From Botryllus schlosseri (Eukaryota), in NCBI GenBank assembly GCA_051294905.1, contig CM119371.1, positions 25,484,001 through 25,548,000 of the forward strand: a DNA stretch of 64,000 nt, in the 5' to 3' direction. Shown here one piece after another: positions 13,301 through 26,389 of this stretch. The first letter of the stretch is position 1. Every line of letters begins with the position of its first letter. A program made the translations under genes and the position numbers. The notes below the pieces were generated by a model that did no database searches, had not been told where the DNA came from, and saw only the letters and a program-made list of their open reading frames with translations.

Positions 13301-14678
13301 CAAACTGTTTTTGATATTGCAAAATTTTGTGATATCATGTGTTGCTTCTACAAATATGCGATGTCTTTTAAATTGTTGCGAATTAGATGAAGATACATTA
13401 AACTCGTTGTATAATGCTCTCCAAAATCATGAGGTGAACCATTTGGTCTACATCTGTTCCGTTTTATAACAGCTGATGTAATCGGTAACATAGTGTGTGC
13501 TAGTTTTAATCATACTCAAGCATGGCATGTCATTTACCGATCGAATTTATCATCAATAAAGTATTCTTGATCACGTTTACTGATTATATATCTGTGCTTA
13601 TGAGGAAGAGGGTTTCCATCGCTCATTCATTCATTCTAATGGTAGTTCCCGCAGTTTCTCCATTATCCTATTGACGTTTATTAGCATATACCACTTTCGA
13701 GATCACGTACCGAAATTGACAAAATTGTTCGGTCGTTAACAATTATTTCTATGACTAATTTTATTACAACCTTATGGTGGTTTTCAGTCTCTAAAATGGT
13801 TCTATGCCAATTCCGAGAAGAACATTACCGAGAATTTCAGTATAGAGAATGGACACCTGAATGAAGGAGACAAGAAAACTTTATGGAAACAATTGCATTC
13901 GTCCTGTAAAACGTTATTTTCGGAATAAATATGTATCTACACATGATAATTTAGTGTTCTTATTCATTCACTTTATAATGCTTGTCGTGATCGCCATGGA
14001 CCGATAAGAAAGTAGGTAGGTACATAGGACAATAACTCAACGCAGGTTGAAGTCAATTTGCTCACTTGAATGCATAGATGTTTAGAATCTTCGAGAAATT
14101 ATTCCCTCAAATAGTAACAGCATATCCAGAATTTAGATTTGTGTCATAAACACAGTATTTAATCTTGTGGGGTTGATTTTACCGGTTGGGTTGCTGTAAT
14201 TTATATGACGACAGTGAGGAGTAAGTACGAATTTAGACTGCTTTTTAGTGTTTAGCCAAAACTAGGCCTTGAACACTTAGTGTTTACGCATTCGGAAAAC
14301 GCTACTTATTGTACTTGAGTAAAACGTCCTATATCATGATAGTGAAAGTACTTTTTCAATGGTCTTGATGAAAGGTAGGAGTTCAATCAAAATTCTACAA
14401 TGCATTTTCGTGATGCTGAATGAATCATCACGACGATAACATAGCAAAATAAATCAATTGATTTATGAAGTAGCACTATGGGATATTACCGTTATAAAAA
14501 ATTACCTTTCGACATGACTTATTCCGTTGTCAGAAATTGTAGTGTCAATATATTTCCAATGTTTGGTACTGCTACGCGTATTTACTCATATCATGCCTAC
14601 AAGCATTCTACGCATTTTATCTTATGTCGATGGGCTTCGTATCATTACGGATATGCAGGGCATATAGTATTGTGAATC

Positions 14679-17019
14679 TATTAGTCCAAATTTCCCACTT
14701 AGGTGAAGCAGCGCATGACTTCTGGTTATAAACAGTTAATAACATCCGGACATGCGTAATTGATATGTAAAATACTATTTACCACACGTGAAACTCAATT
14801 CCCTTCTAAAGTTATCTAAGTTATTAAATGTCACCCAACCTCAGCACTACGTCTGTCGCGGACGAGGTCGCGTCGTATAATACCACTAGAAATCCATCTA
14901 GTTTGGTTGTCTAGAGGTATATTTGTACATACTTTTATTTTCAAACGCTGATAGAAAATATTATTTGTATAGTGTGTGGAACTGGATTCATTTTCATAGT
15001 TATAATCCGATATGATATAAAAGTAATACCAGTCACAAAACATCTGATATTAGAAACGGTCGTCATAGCACATTGTCTCAATTGAAAATAATATAGTTGT
15101 AGATTTTGAAAATTCAGTAGTTCTGATCCTAGCTCTAGTTGAGCATTCGAAAAAATACTAGCTGTCGGAAAACTAGAAAACACATGTCGTCGTTTTTCGT
15201 GACTCGAGATACCGCCGTTCCGTTAAATGACGTCCGGGCAGTCGATTCTAGTCAGAGTCATCAGCGGTATAGCGGTCGGGTGGGTTTATTTGGGGTTGGA
15301 ATATCTCCTATTTCAAACTCGAAATCCCTTACTTTCGAAATGTAGATTCTATATCTGATATTTACGATATAATAAAAGTTAAGGTGTTGCGTAAGAGAAT
15401 GAAATCCATTTGAGTACGGTTCTTAACCTTTAATGACTTCGGAACCGCTGCTACAGAGGTGAAATTAAATTTTCTGAGAATGAGAAGCAAGAAATGAGTT
15501 CGCACTGTTTGTACTGTTATTATGCGATGTATTAATTTCCAATAATTTCTAAATTGAAAGCACTGGATTACGTCGGTAACACAAGCTTTTGAGTGGATGT
15601 GTCATTATTAGCCAATTAGAAAGTTGGGGTTGATGATCAAGAAAGGAGTGAGTAGTTCAATAAGTCCTGCATGTCTCTGAATTGAGTGAGTTATTATCAA
15701 TTCGAAGAGCTAATAAAATTTATTAGTCCAAATTTCCCACTTAAGTGAAGCACCGCATGACTTCTAGCTATAAACAGTTAATAACATTCGGACATGCGTA
15801 ATTGATATGTAAAATACTATTTAGCACACGTGAAACTCAATTCCCTTCTAAATTTATCTAAGTTATCAAATTTCACCCAACCTCAGCACTACGTCTGTCG
15901 CGGACGAGGTCGTGTCGTATAATACCACTAGAAATCCATCTAGTTTGGTTGTCTAGAGGTACATTTGTACATACTTTTATTTTCAAACGCTGATAGAAAA
16001 TATTATTTGTACAGTGTGTGAAACTGGATTCATTTTCATAGTTATAATCCGATATGATGAAAAAGTAATACCAGTCACAAAACATCTGATATTAGAAACA
16101 ATCGTCATAGCACATTGTCTCAATTGAAAATAATATAGTTGTAGATTTTGAAAATTCAGTAGTTCTGATCCGAGTTCTAGTTGCTCATTCGAAAAAATAC
16201 TAGCTGTCGGAAAACTGGAAAACACATGTTGCCGTTTTTCGTGAATCGAGATACCGCCGTTCCGTTAAATGACGTCCGGGCAGTCGATTCTAGTAAGAGT
16301 CATCAGCGGTATAGCCGTCGGGTGGGTTTATTTGTGGTTGGAATATCTCCTATTTCAAACTCGAAATCCCTTACTTTCGAAATGTAGATTCTATATCTGA
16401 TATTTACAATATAATAAAAGTTAAGGTGTTGCGTAAGAGAATGAAATCCATTTGAGTACGGTTCTTAACCTTTATTGACTTCGGAACCGCTGCTACAGAG
16501 GTGAAATTAAATTTTCTGAGAATGAGAAGCAAGAAAAGAGTTCGCACTGTTAGTACTGTTATTATGCGATGTATTAATTTCCAATAAGTTTTAAATTGAA
16601 AGCACTGGATTACGTCGGTAACACAAGCTTTTGAGTGGATGTGTCATTATTAGCCAATTAGAAAGTTGGGGTTGATGATCAAGAAATGAGTAGGACATGC
16701 GTAATTGATATGTAAAATACTATTTAGCACACGTGAAACTCAATTCCCTTCTAAATTTATCTATGTTATTAAATGTCACCCAACCTCAGCACTACGTCTG
16801 TCGCGGACGAGGTCATGTCGTACAATACCACTAGAAATCCATATAGCTTGGTTGTCTAGAGGTACCTTTGTACATACTATTATTTGCAAACACTGATAGA
16901 AAATATTATTTGTAGTGTGTGAAACTGGATTCATTTTTCATAGTTATAATCCGATATGATGAAAAAGTAATACCAGTCGCAAAACATCTGATATTAGAAA
17001 CAATCGTCATAGCACATTG
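14679..17019 (+). repeat. 1042-bp tandem repeat (two copies plus a partial third)
   Basis: tattagtccaaatttcccactt at 14679 and 15721; duplicated short ORFs in the track are offset by 1042; partial copy at 16693-17019. Confidence 0.92.
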
Positions 17020-17173
17020 AACAAATTTCACCGCCGCTGAGGTTTATTATCTCGGTTTGTTGGAACTACAATTGAACAGCGGCTGTAAGCTACCAGTAAA
17101 ACAAGAGTTATTGCTATCCTCACAGGAGCTATTACACGATCTGCATGGAAATTCGTTTGATATCCATGTTTAT

Positions 17174-17846
17174 TAGGGCTCTTCAAAAATGACTTTTTTT
17201 CTTCTCAAATCATACTGGTTACTTGATATTATTGTTAGGTTACCAAATTCAAGCCTTCACACCAAATTTGGTTCAATTCCAACCAGTAGCCGCATTGCTA
17301 CAGGAGAAGAAAGTTTTTATTTATTATACAGAAAGAAGTAGCAAAAAATTTGAAAATTTATTGTTCACCCCTTGAAAGTGTTAAGTTGTCTATAGAAACG
17401 ATGTTCACCAAATTTGGTTCAATTCCAATCAGCGGAAGCGGAGATATTGCAGTGGAAAAATTTGGATTATGAATAAAATTTTATTTACGGTGAGCAGTTG
17501 TCTGATTTTTATTATAGTGGTACCCACCGTAAATACTATTTTATTCAAATCCAAATTTTTCGATGGTAATAGCTCCGCTCCCACTGGTTGTATTGAACCA
17601 AATTTGGTGAACATCGTTTCTATAGACAGCCTAACACTTCCATGGGGTGAACAGAAAATTTTCAAATTTTATTTTGCTATTTCTTTTTATATATTAAATA
17701 GAAACTTTTTTCTCCTGTAGCAATGCGGCTACTGGTTGGAATTGAATCAAATTTGGTGTGTAGGCATAAATTAGGTAACCTAACAATAATATCAAGCGGC
17801 CAGTACGATTTGAGAAGAATAAAAAGTCATTTTTTGAAGACCCCTA
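17174..17846. mobile_element. Foldback-like hAT MITE (TAGGG termini) inside the Polinton-like element
   Basis: Whole element is nearly palindromic; TSD ATGTTTAT/ATGTATAT (7/8). Related to 38751-39257. Confidence 0.85.
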
Positions 17847-18699
17847 ATGTATATACACCTCTATGCCTCTGTATTTGTTAGTGGCGATTGTGATTGGACT
17901 CTCCGATGCGACGGTTAATAACATCGACAATGAGGTAGTGGGCAAACTTTATTGTCAAGGCAATCTTATAAAATTACCCTCCGCCTGAAGTTTAAATGAG
18001 ATCTCAGCAGGTCAGTTATGTGGTAACAGAGGTAATAGCTGACAATTGAAAACCTCACACGGAATCAGAGAAAGTTTTATTCCTGCCTGCGATAAAATTG
18101 TAAAAAAAAAATGTTTGCTAAGAATTGAAAACGATCCCCATGTCAAATGATACCAATCGTAGACGTATTTGCGTCATGTCCGCAGAGATAAAAGAAAACT
18201 TAATTTCTTCTTTGAAGCAGAGAAAAGCCTAGTTGAGTGCTCCGGAAAGGTAGAAGTACTTCGTCATTGAGAACCTATGTAAGACTGTGGTTGCTGCTGT
18301 GCGCATTCTGGTAGTTAGCCTTTGGCGTAAGCCAAAATAGTTCAGAACCACTGTGCTAGTGTGCCGCGAACTATTTTTCATTTTCAAAGTGTTCCGCGAG
18401 GTCAAAGAGGTTGAGAACCACTGCTGTAATTTATATGACGACAGTGAGGAGTAGCTACGAATTTAGACTACCTTTTTAGTGTTTAGCCAAAACTAGACCT
18501 GAAGCACCTACTGTTTACGCATTCGGAAATCGCTACTTGTTGTACTTGAGTAAAATCTCCCATGCCATGATAGTAAAAGTACTTTTTCAATGGTCTCGAT
18601 GAAAGGGAGGAGTTCAATCAAAATTCTACAATGCATTTTCGTGATGATGAATGAATTATCACGACGATGACAGAGCAAAATAAATCAATGATATTAAAG

Positions 18700-19308
18700 T
18701 TATAAAATTAGCCTCGACAAATGCATATCCGAATGGTGTTGGAAGTTACTCCTATCGACAATTTTCTTTCCGCAAATGGCACATTTATATAGGAGAGCGC
18801 TATGCCTATCGATGTGTCGTTTATAGGCATCCTTTCCCATATATTCTTTCTCACAAATTTCGCATGCAATCTTTTCCATGTCGCCATGTAACTTCATATG
18901 TCGTGTCGAGGACCATTTCCATGAAAATGCTTTACCACAAATTTCGCATTCACACTCTTCCACCCTGATATGGACATTCATATGACGAGTCAATAAACCC
19001 TTCCATCGGAATGCTCTTTCACAGATTTCGCATGCAATCTTTTCCATTTCGCCATGTAACTTCATATGTCGTGTCAAGGACCATTTCCATGAAAATGCTT
19101 TACCACAAATTTCGCATTCACACTCTTCAACCCTGATATGGACATTCATATGACGAGCCAATAAACCTTTCCATCGGAATGCTCTATCACAGATTTAACA
19201 CTTATGCTTCAGCCCCGAATGTAAATTGGAATTATTGATGTAGTAAATCTTCGGACAAAAGTATCTTCCCCAATCAGCTGGATGAGTCAACTTACTCTGT
19301 GTACCCAT
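18700..19308 (-). pseudogene. Intronless six-finger C2H2 zinc-finger gene with one in-frame stop
   Basis: ATG at 19308 reads MGTQSKL...KHKC*ICDRAFRWKGLLARHMNVH. TAA at 19195-19197 sits where fingers 2-5 have E in CEIC. Five more CX2C-X12-HX3H fingers run to the stop at 18700. Fingers 1-2 and 3-4 are a 168-bp duplication. Confidence 0.85.
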
Positions 19309-19350
19309 AAGAATCCTCCGGTTACTTCTTAAAAAAGTAAAATCTAGAGA

Positions 19351-22300
19351 AACGGTTGAGTTTAGTATGCAGTGCTTTGACGTGACTGTGAAGTACTGAA
19401 TTAACTACAAACAATCGACTCGAAGAGTTACATCATATGCGCACATTACAAAATTTACTTCAGTACTCCTGAAAGTAGAATTACTTTGTTCCTGATTATA
19501 TTTGTGTGGTTCGATGATATGAAAATCTATCAACGATTTCGACAAATATTACAATCCATTGTCTGCAACTAGAACTACTTGACTAAGTCGCAACTATAAC
19601 TATAACTAAAATTACTCACTTTCTAAAATACCCAACTAGAACTAGAACTTGAATTAGAACTTGAAATCCTAACCTTTTTAAACTCGATTGAACTAGAATT
19701 AAAACTAGAACTACTCACTAATTACAAAAGAGGATCGATATTATTTTGGTACATCAACTCTAGCTGCTCGGACGTCATTCAACAGAACAGCAGTATCTTG
19801 AGTCACGAAAAACGACGGCACGTGTATTTTAGTTGTTCGAAAACTAATTTTTTTTCGAATGTGCATCTAGAACTAGGACCAGAAATACTCATTTTTCAAA
19901 ATTCGCAACCAGAGCTATAGAAGAGGCTGAAAAAAACGTTAGTTGATCATTTTATCACTTAAACAAGTGAATTTATCATATATTTCCTTTACTTGCAGTA
20001 ACGGAATGCACTTTATTTCTCGTGGATTTTACAGGAGTTCTTGTGTCCTATTTCTATTACTACTTCGATTTTCTAGAACAAAGCGACACTGATATAGTGG
20101 TTAAAATTAATAGAAACTAATACCGACTTTTGATTAAAATCTTTTTGCGATATATGATCCGTCAGCTCGTTTCGAACTTGGAAGTTTACGTAAATTTCTG
20201 CACCCCTTTATCCGACATAGTCAATGCGTTGATGGTGTGATATCATATTGACGGACAATGGCTTCATAACTCATGGGGAATTTCGCTTATTGAGGATGAT
20301 CAGCTGATAACACAAACGCTGAAAATTCACTAGTATGAAAATTTATGAGTGATCACTAGCAATAAGTATAGGTTTAAGCTTCGAGATCACACGAAACACA
20401 TTTTGTATCCTGATTTTATTAGCTCTTCGAATTGATAATAACTCACTCAATTCAGAGACATGTAGGACTTATTGAACTACTCACTCATTTCTTGATCATC
20501 AACCCCAACTATCTAATTGGATAATAATGACACATCCACTCAAAAGCTTGTGTTATCGACGTAATCCAGTGCTTTCAATTTAGAAATTAATGGAAATTAA
20601 TGCATCGCATAATAACAGAACAAACAGTGCGAACTCATTTGTTGCTTCTCATTCTCAGAAAATTTAATTTCACCTCTGTAGCAGCGGTTCCGAAGTCATT
20701 AAAGGTTACGAACCGTTCTCAAATCGATTTCATTCTCCTAGGCAACACCGTAACTTTTATTATATCGTAAATATCAGATATAGAATCTATATTTCGAAAG
20801 TAAGGGATTTCGAGTTTGAAATAGGAGATATTCCAACCCCAAATAAACCCACCCGAAGGCTAAACCGCTGATGACTCTGACTAGAATCGACTGCCCGGAC
20901 ATCATTTAACGGAACGGCGGTATCTCGATTCACGAAAAACGGCGACATGTGTTTTCTAGTTTTCCCACAGCTAGTATTTTTTCGAATGCGCAACTAGAAC
21001 TAGGATCAGAACTACTGAATTTTCAAAATCTGCAACTATAATATATTCAATTGAGACAATGTGATATGACGATTGTTTCTAATATCAGATGTTTTGCAAC
21101 TAATATTACTTTTTCTTCATATCGGATTATAACTATGAAAATGAATCCAGTTTCACACACTACAAATAATATTTTCTATCAGCGTTTGAAAATAATAGTA
21201 TGTACAAATGTACCTCTAGACAACCAAGCTAATATGGATTTCTAGTGGTATTATACGACATGACCTCGTCCGCGACAGACGTATTGCTGAGGTTGGGTGA
21301 AATTTAATAACTTAGATAACTTTAGTAGGGAATTGAGTTTCACGTGTGGTAAATAGTATTTTACATATTAACTACGCATTTCCGAATGTTATTAACTGTT
21401 TATAACCAGAAGTCATGCGGTGCTGCACTTAAGTGGGAAATTTGGACTAATAAATTCACAATGCTATATGCCCTGCATATCCGTAATGATACGAAGCCCA
21501 TCGACATAAGATAAAATGCGTAGAATGCTTGTAGGCATGATATGAGTAAATACGCGTTGCAGCACCAAACATTGGAAATATATTGACAAACAATTTCTGA
21601 GAACGGAAAATGTCATGTCGAAGGGTAATTTTTATAACGGTATTATGCCATAGTGCTACTTCATAAATTCAATGATTTATTTTGCTATGTCATCGTCGTG
21701 ATAATTCATTCAGCATCACGAAAATGCATTGTAGAATTTTGATTGAACTCCTACCTTTCATCAAGACCATTGAAAAAGTACTTTCACTATCATGATATAG
21801 GACATTTTACTCGAGTGCAATAAGTAGCGATTTCCGAATGCGTAAACAATAAGTGTTCCAGGCCTAGTTTTGGCTAAACACTAAAAAGCAGTCTAAATTC
21901 GTAGTTACTCCTCACTGCCGTCATATAAAACGGTTGAGTTTAGTATGCAGTTCTTTGACGTGACTGTCAAGTACTGAATAAACTACAAACAATCGACTCG
22001 AAGAGTTACAACATATGCACACATTACAAAATTTAGTCCAATACTCCTGAAAGTAGAAGTACTTTGTTACTGATTAGATTTGTATGGTTCGATGATATGA
22101 AAATCTATCAACGATTTCGACAAATATTACAATCCATTGTCCGCAACTAGAACTACTTAACTAAGTCGCAACTATAACTATAACTAAAACTAATCACTTT
22201 CTAAAATACCCAACTAGAACTAGAACTTGAATTAGAACTTGAAATCCTGACTTTTTAAACTCGACTAAACTAGAATTAAACCTAGAACTACTCACTAATT

Positions 22301-24506
22301 ACATAAAAGGATCGATATTATTTTGGTACATCAACTCTAGCTTCTCGGACATCATTTAACAGAACAGCAGTATCTTGAGTCACGAAAAAACGACGACACG
22401 TGTATTTTAGTTGTTCGACAACTAATATTTTTTCGAATGTGCAACTGGAACTAGGACCGGAACTACTCACTTTTCAAAATTCGCAACCAAAACTGTAGAA
22501 GTGGTCGAAAAAAACCGTTAGTTGATCATTTTTATCACTTAAATAAGTGAATTTATCATATATTTCCTTTACTTGCGGTAACGGAATGCACTTTATTTCT
22601 CGTGGATTTCACAGGAGTTCTTTTGTCCTATTTCTATTACTATTTCGATTTTCTAGAACAAAGCGACATTGATAGTGGTTAAATTAATAGAAACTAATAC
22701 CGACTTTTGATTAAAATCTCTTTGCGATATATGATCCATCAGCTCGTTTCGAACTTGGAAGTTTACGTAAATTTCTGCACCCCTTTATCCGACATAGTCA
22801 ATGCGTTGGTGGTATGATATCATACTGACGGACAATAGTTTCATAACTCATGGGGAATTTCGCTTATTGAGGATGATCAGCTGATAACACAAACGCGGAA
22901 AATTTACTAGTATGAAAATTTATGAGTAATCACTAGCAATAAGTATGGGTTTAAGCTTCGAGATCACACGAAACACATTTGTATCCTGATTTTATTAGCT
23001 CTTCGAACTGATAATAACTCACTCAATTCAGAGACATGCAGGACTTGTTGAAGTACTCACTCATTTCTTGATCATCAACCCCAACTTTCTAATTGGCTAA
23101 TAATGACACATCCACTCAAAAGCTTGTGTTACCGACGTAATCCAGTGCTTTCAATTTAAAAATTATTGGAAATTAATACATCGCATAATAACAGTACAAA
23201 CAGTGCGAACTCATTTCTTGCTTCTCATTCTCAGAAAATTTAATTTCACCTCTGTAGCAGCGGTTCCGAAGTCATTAAAGGTTAAGAACCGTACTCAAAT
23301 GGATTTCATTCTCTTACGCAACACCTTAACTTTTATTATATCGTAAATATCAGATATAGAATCTACATTTCGAAAGTAAGGGATTTCGAGTTTGAAATAG
23401 GAGATATTCCAACCACAAATAAATCCACCCGACGGCTATACCGCTGATGACTCTTACTAGAATCGACTGCCCGGACGTCATTTAACAGAACGGCGGTATC
23501 TCGATTCACGAAAAACGGCAACATGTGTTTTCCAGTTTTCCGACAGCTAGTATTTTTTCGAATGAGCAACTAGAACTAGGATCAGAACTACTGAATTTTC
23601 AAAATCTACAACTATATTATTTTCAATTGAGACAATGTGCTATGACGATTGTTTCTAATATCAGATGTTTTGTGACTGGTATTACTTTTTCATCATATCG
23701 GATTATAACTATGAAAATGAATCCAGTTTCACACACTGTACAAATAATATTTTCTATCAGCGTTTGAAAATAAAAGTATGTACAAATGTACCTCTAGACA
23801 ACCAAACTAGATGGATTTCTAGTGGTATTATACGACACGACCTCGTCCGCGACAGACGTAGTGCTGAGGTTGGGTGACATTTAATAACATAGAATACTTT
23901 AGTAGGGAATTGAGTTTCACGTGTGGTAAATAGTATTTTAAATATCAATTACGCATGTCCGAATGTTATTAACTGTTTATAACCAGAAGTCATGCGCTGC
24001 TTCACCTAAGTGGGAAATTTGGACTAATAGATTCACAATACTATATGCCCTGCATATCAGTAATGATACGAAGCCCATCGACATAAGATAAAATGCGTAG
24101 AATGCTTGTAGGCATGATATGAGTAAATACGCGTAGCAGCATCAAACATTGGAAATATATTGACACTACAATTTCTGACAACGGAAAAAGTCATGTCGAA
24201 AGGTAATTTTTTATAACGGTTATATCCCATAGTGCTACTTCATAAATCAATTGATTTATTTTGCTATGTTATCGTCGTGATAATTCATTCACCATCACGA
24301 AAATGCATTGTAGAATTTTGATTGAACTACCTTTCATCAAGACCATTGAAAAAATACTTTCACTATCATGATATAGGACGTTTTACTCAAGTACAATAAG
24401 TAGCGTTTTCCGAATGCGTAAACAGTAAGTGTTCAAGGTCTAGTTTTGGCTAAACACTGAAAAGCAGTCTAAATTCGTACTTACTCCTCACTGTCGTCAT
24501 ATAAAT
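19351..24506 (+). repeat. 2578-bp direct tandem duplication
   Basis: aacggttgagtttagtatgcag at 19351 and 21929, colinear to the end of each unit. The distal ~1.6 kb of the unit is the reverse complement of 14108-15718. Confidence 0.92.
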
Positions 24507-24599
24507 TACAGCAATCCAACCGGTAAAATCAACCCCAATAGATGAAATACTGTGTTTATGGCACAAATCTAAATTCTGGATATGCTGTTACTATTTGAC

Positions 24600-25353
24600 G
24601 TCATTATCTCAAAATTCAAACAAATCATACATTTTGACACATGTGACAGATTCCCCGCATCATTGTAAATTGTACATACATTACCGTGAATGACATTTCA
24701 CCTCTTCGGACGCGCGTCAATTGTTGACACCTATTGTCACCCATTATAGATTGGAGCGCCTGAAAACATACTCTTATATACGTCATATCATTTCATCTAT
24801 TGTCACCCATTGTCCTCTCATGGAAGCGCTAGAGACGCAATAAACGTTACTTTTCAATGAAGCGCGACGGGCGGGCGGCGGCGGGCGGCGGCGGGCGGGC
24901 GGCGGCGGGCGAGCGACGCGTTTGTTTAATTAAGAGCATAGGCGATTGATTGGACGTAGCGCTCTCGCCTGCGTCATTACCTTAAAATTCAAACAAATCA
25001 TACTTTTTGACACACGTGAGAGATTCCCACTATCACCAAGTAAATTCAGACGCGCGTCATTGCAAACTTGTCACGTGATCAAGGCTGAGTATGGTGCAAT
25101 ATCGCTAGGTTCAGACTAGGGTATTACCCATTGTGCAATACCATAAAGGTCGCTAGCACACACAGCCCATTATGCTGTCACGCTTCGTTCTCCTCACGCA
25201 CCCGTTATTGTCACCCATTGTCCCGCATATAAGTGGTATTGACATAACTCTTTCGCGCGCTTTTTCTCTGTTTGATTTGAAATTCAAAATTGTCACGTGA
25301 TCAAATGCTGCGATTTGATTGGGCTGCCTCTGCTTTAGCTCCCATATACTACT
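24600..25353 (-). repeat. Right terminal inverted repeat
   Basis: Mirror of 11707-12440; carries a longer GGCGGGCGGC tract at ~24870-24910. Confidence 0.92.
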
Positions 25354-26389
25354 GAAGACATACATGTAGAGTAAGTCGCTCTAGATCAGGGGTGGGCAAA
25401 CTTTTCAGCTCGCAGGCCGCATTCAACATCTGAATCCATTCGCGGGCCGCATTAGGGTATAATCGAAATTATAAGTGAAGACGCAAACTTTTGTTTGATT
25501 TTATAGTAACTATGGAGACGTGGAAATAATACATATTTAAGGACTAAAACAATACAACCATTGATTTGATGATAACGCACATGCGTCAGAAACATTAACG
25601 AGATTTTATGACCTGGCCATCTTCAATTAATTCGTCAAAATTAGGAATGGAAGTAGGTTGTGCCGATTCTTGGGACAAGATGGAAATTTGAATATGTGAG
25701 AAGCGATCAGCTCACATATGTGCTGATTCTGAGTTTGGTCAAGCTTCAGACCGCCCAACGCTGACATCATCATAACCAGCATGATTCATTTAAATACGTT
25801 TTAACAAATGAGTTCTTAACATTGTTTTGTGGGGACGACATCAACATAATTTACTGTTGTCTCAAAACTTTTTAATAATTCGGTTGATTTATTTCAGACC
25901 GCACACATTTCATGTGATACAATGGGCCTACCATCAGTATGTTCCGATTCGAGTGATGTTTCAAATTGCTGCAACGAATTCATTACAATAATGTCATATT
26001 GTGACAAGTAATTCGTCTTGCGTTACCTCCGACATCGAAACAGAAATACCTTTCAGTTAATTCGTTACTGATAGCAAAGAATTCAACTTCAACTTTTCGC
26101 TTTTTGTATTCGCTTTTTGTATTGATTTAGACAACCCATTATAAACAAATTGAGGACCGAGTTACAAACAATTTGCTCCTAACTGCGCATAAAGAGAACG
26201 AATCACGCACGCACGAAATGATTTTCCCAAATACAGCACTGAAAGTTGGCGTTCGAACCCTATATCACAATTGCTATCCGAACTAATTATTTCCATTTTG
26301 CGTTTCTCAGATGTTCAGGAACTGGTCGGGCTACTCCGCCAACCATAAATTCAAAATATAAAATATTATGATTATAATTTAATCTATAT

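Larger units (their letters stand above)
11707..25353. mobile_element. 13.6-kb non-autonomous Polinton/Maverick-like long-TIR element
   Basis: Starts AGTAGTATAT (11707) and ends ATATACTACT (25353). 11707-12440 is the reverse complement of 24600-25353. Flanking hexamers GACTAC/GAAGAC match at only 4/6. No core Polinton ORF is visible. Confidence 0.7.

Noticed and set aside
14831..23948. Repeated 63-80 aa ORFs (MFCDWYY..., MFSSFPT..., MLIRKNT...) as a gene family
   Set aside because: They recur because the DNA is duplicated; they overlap on both strands, are frameshifted in some copies and show no recognisable domain.
14679..24506. CRISPR-like or prokaryotic repeat array
   Set aside because: Units are 1-2.6 kb duplications without unique spacers, in an intron-containing eukaryotic context.
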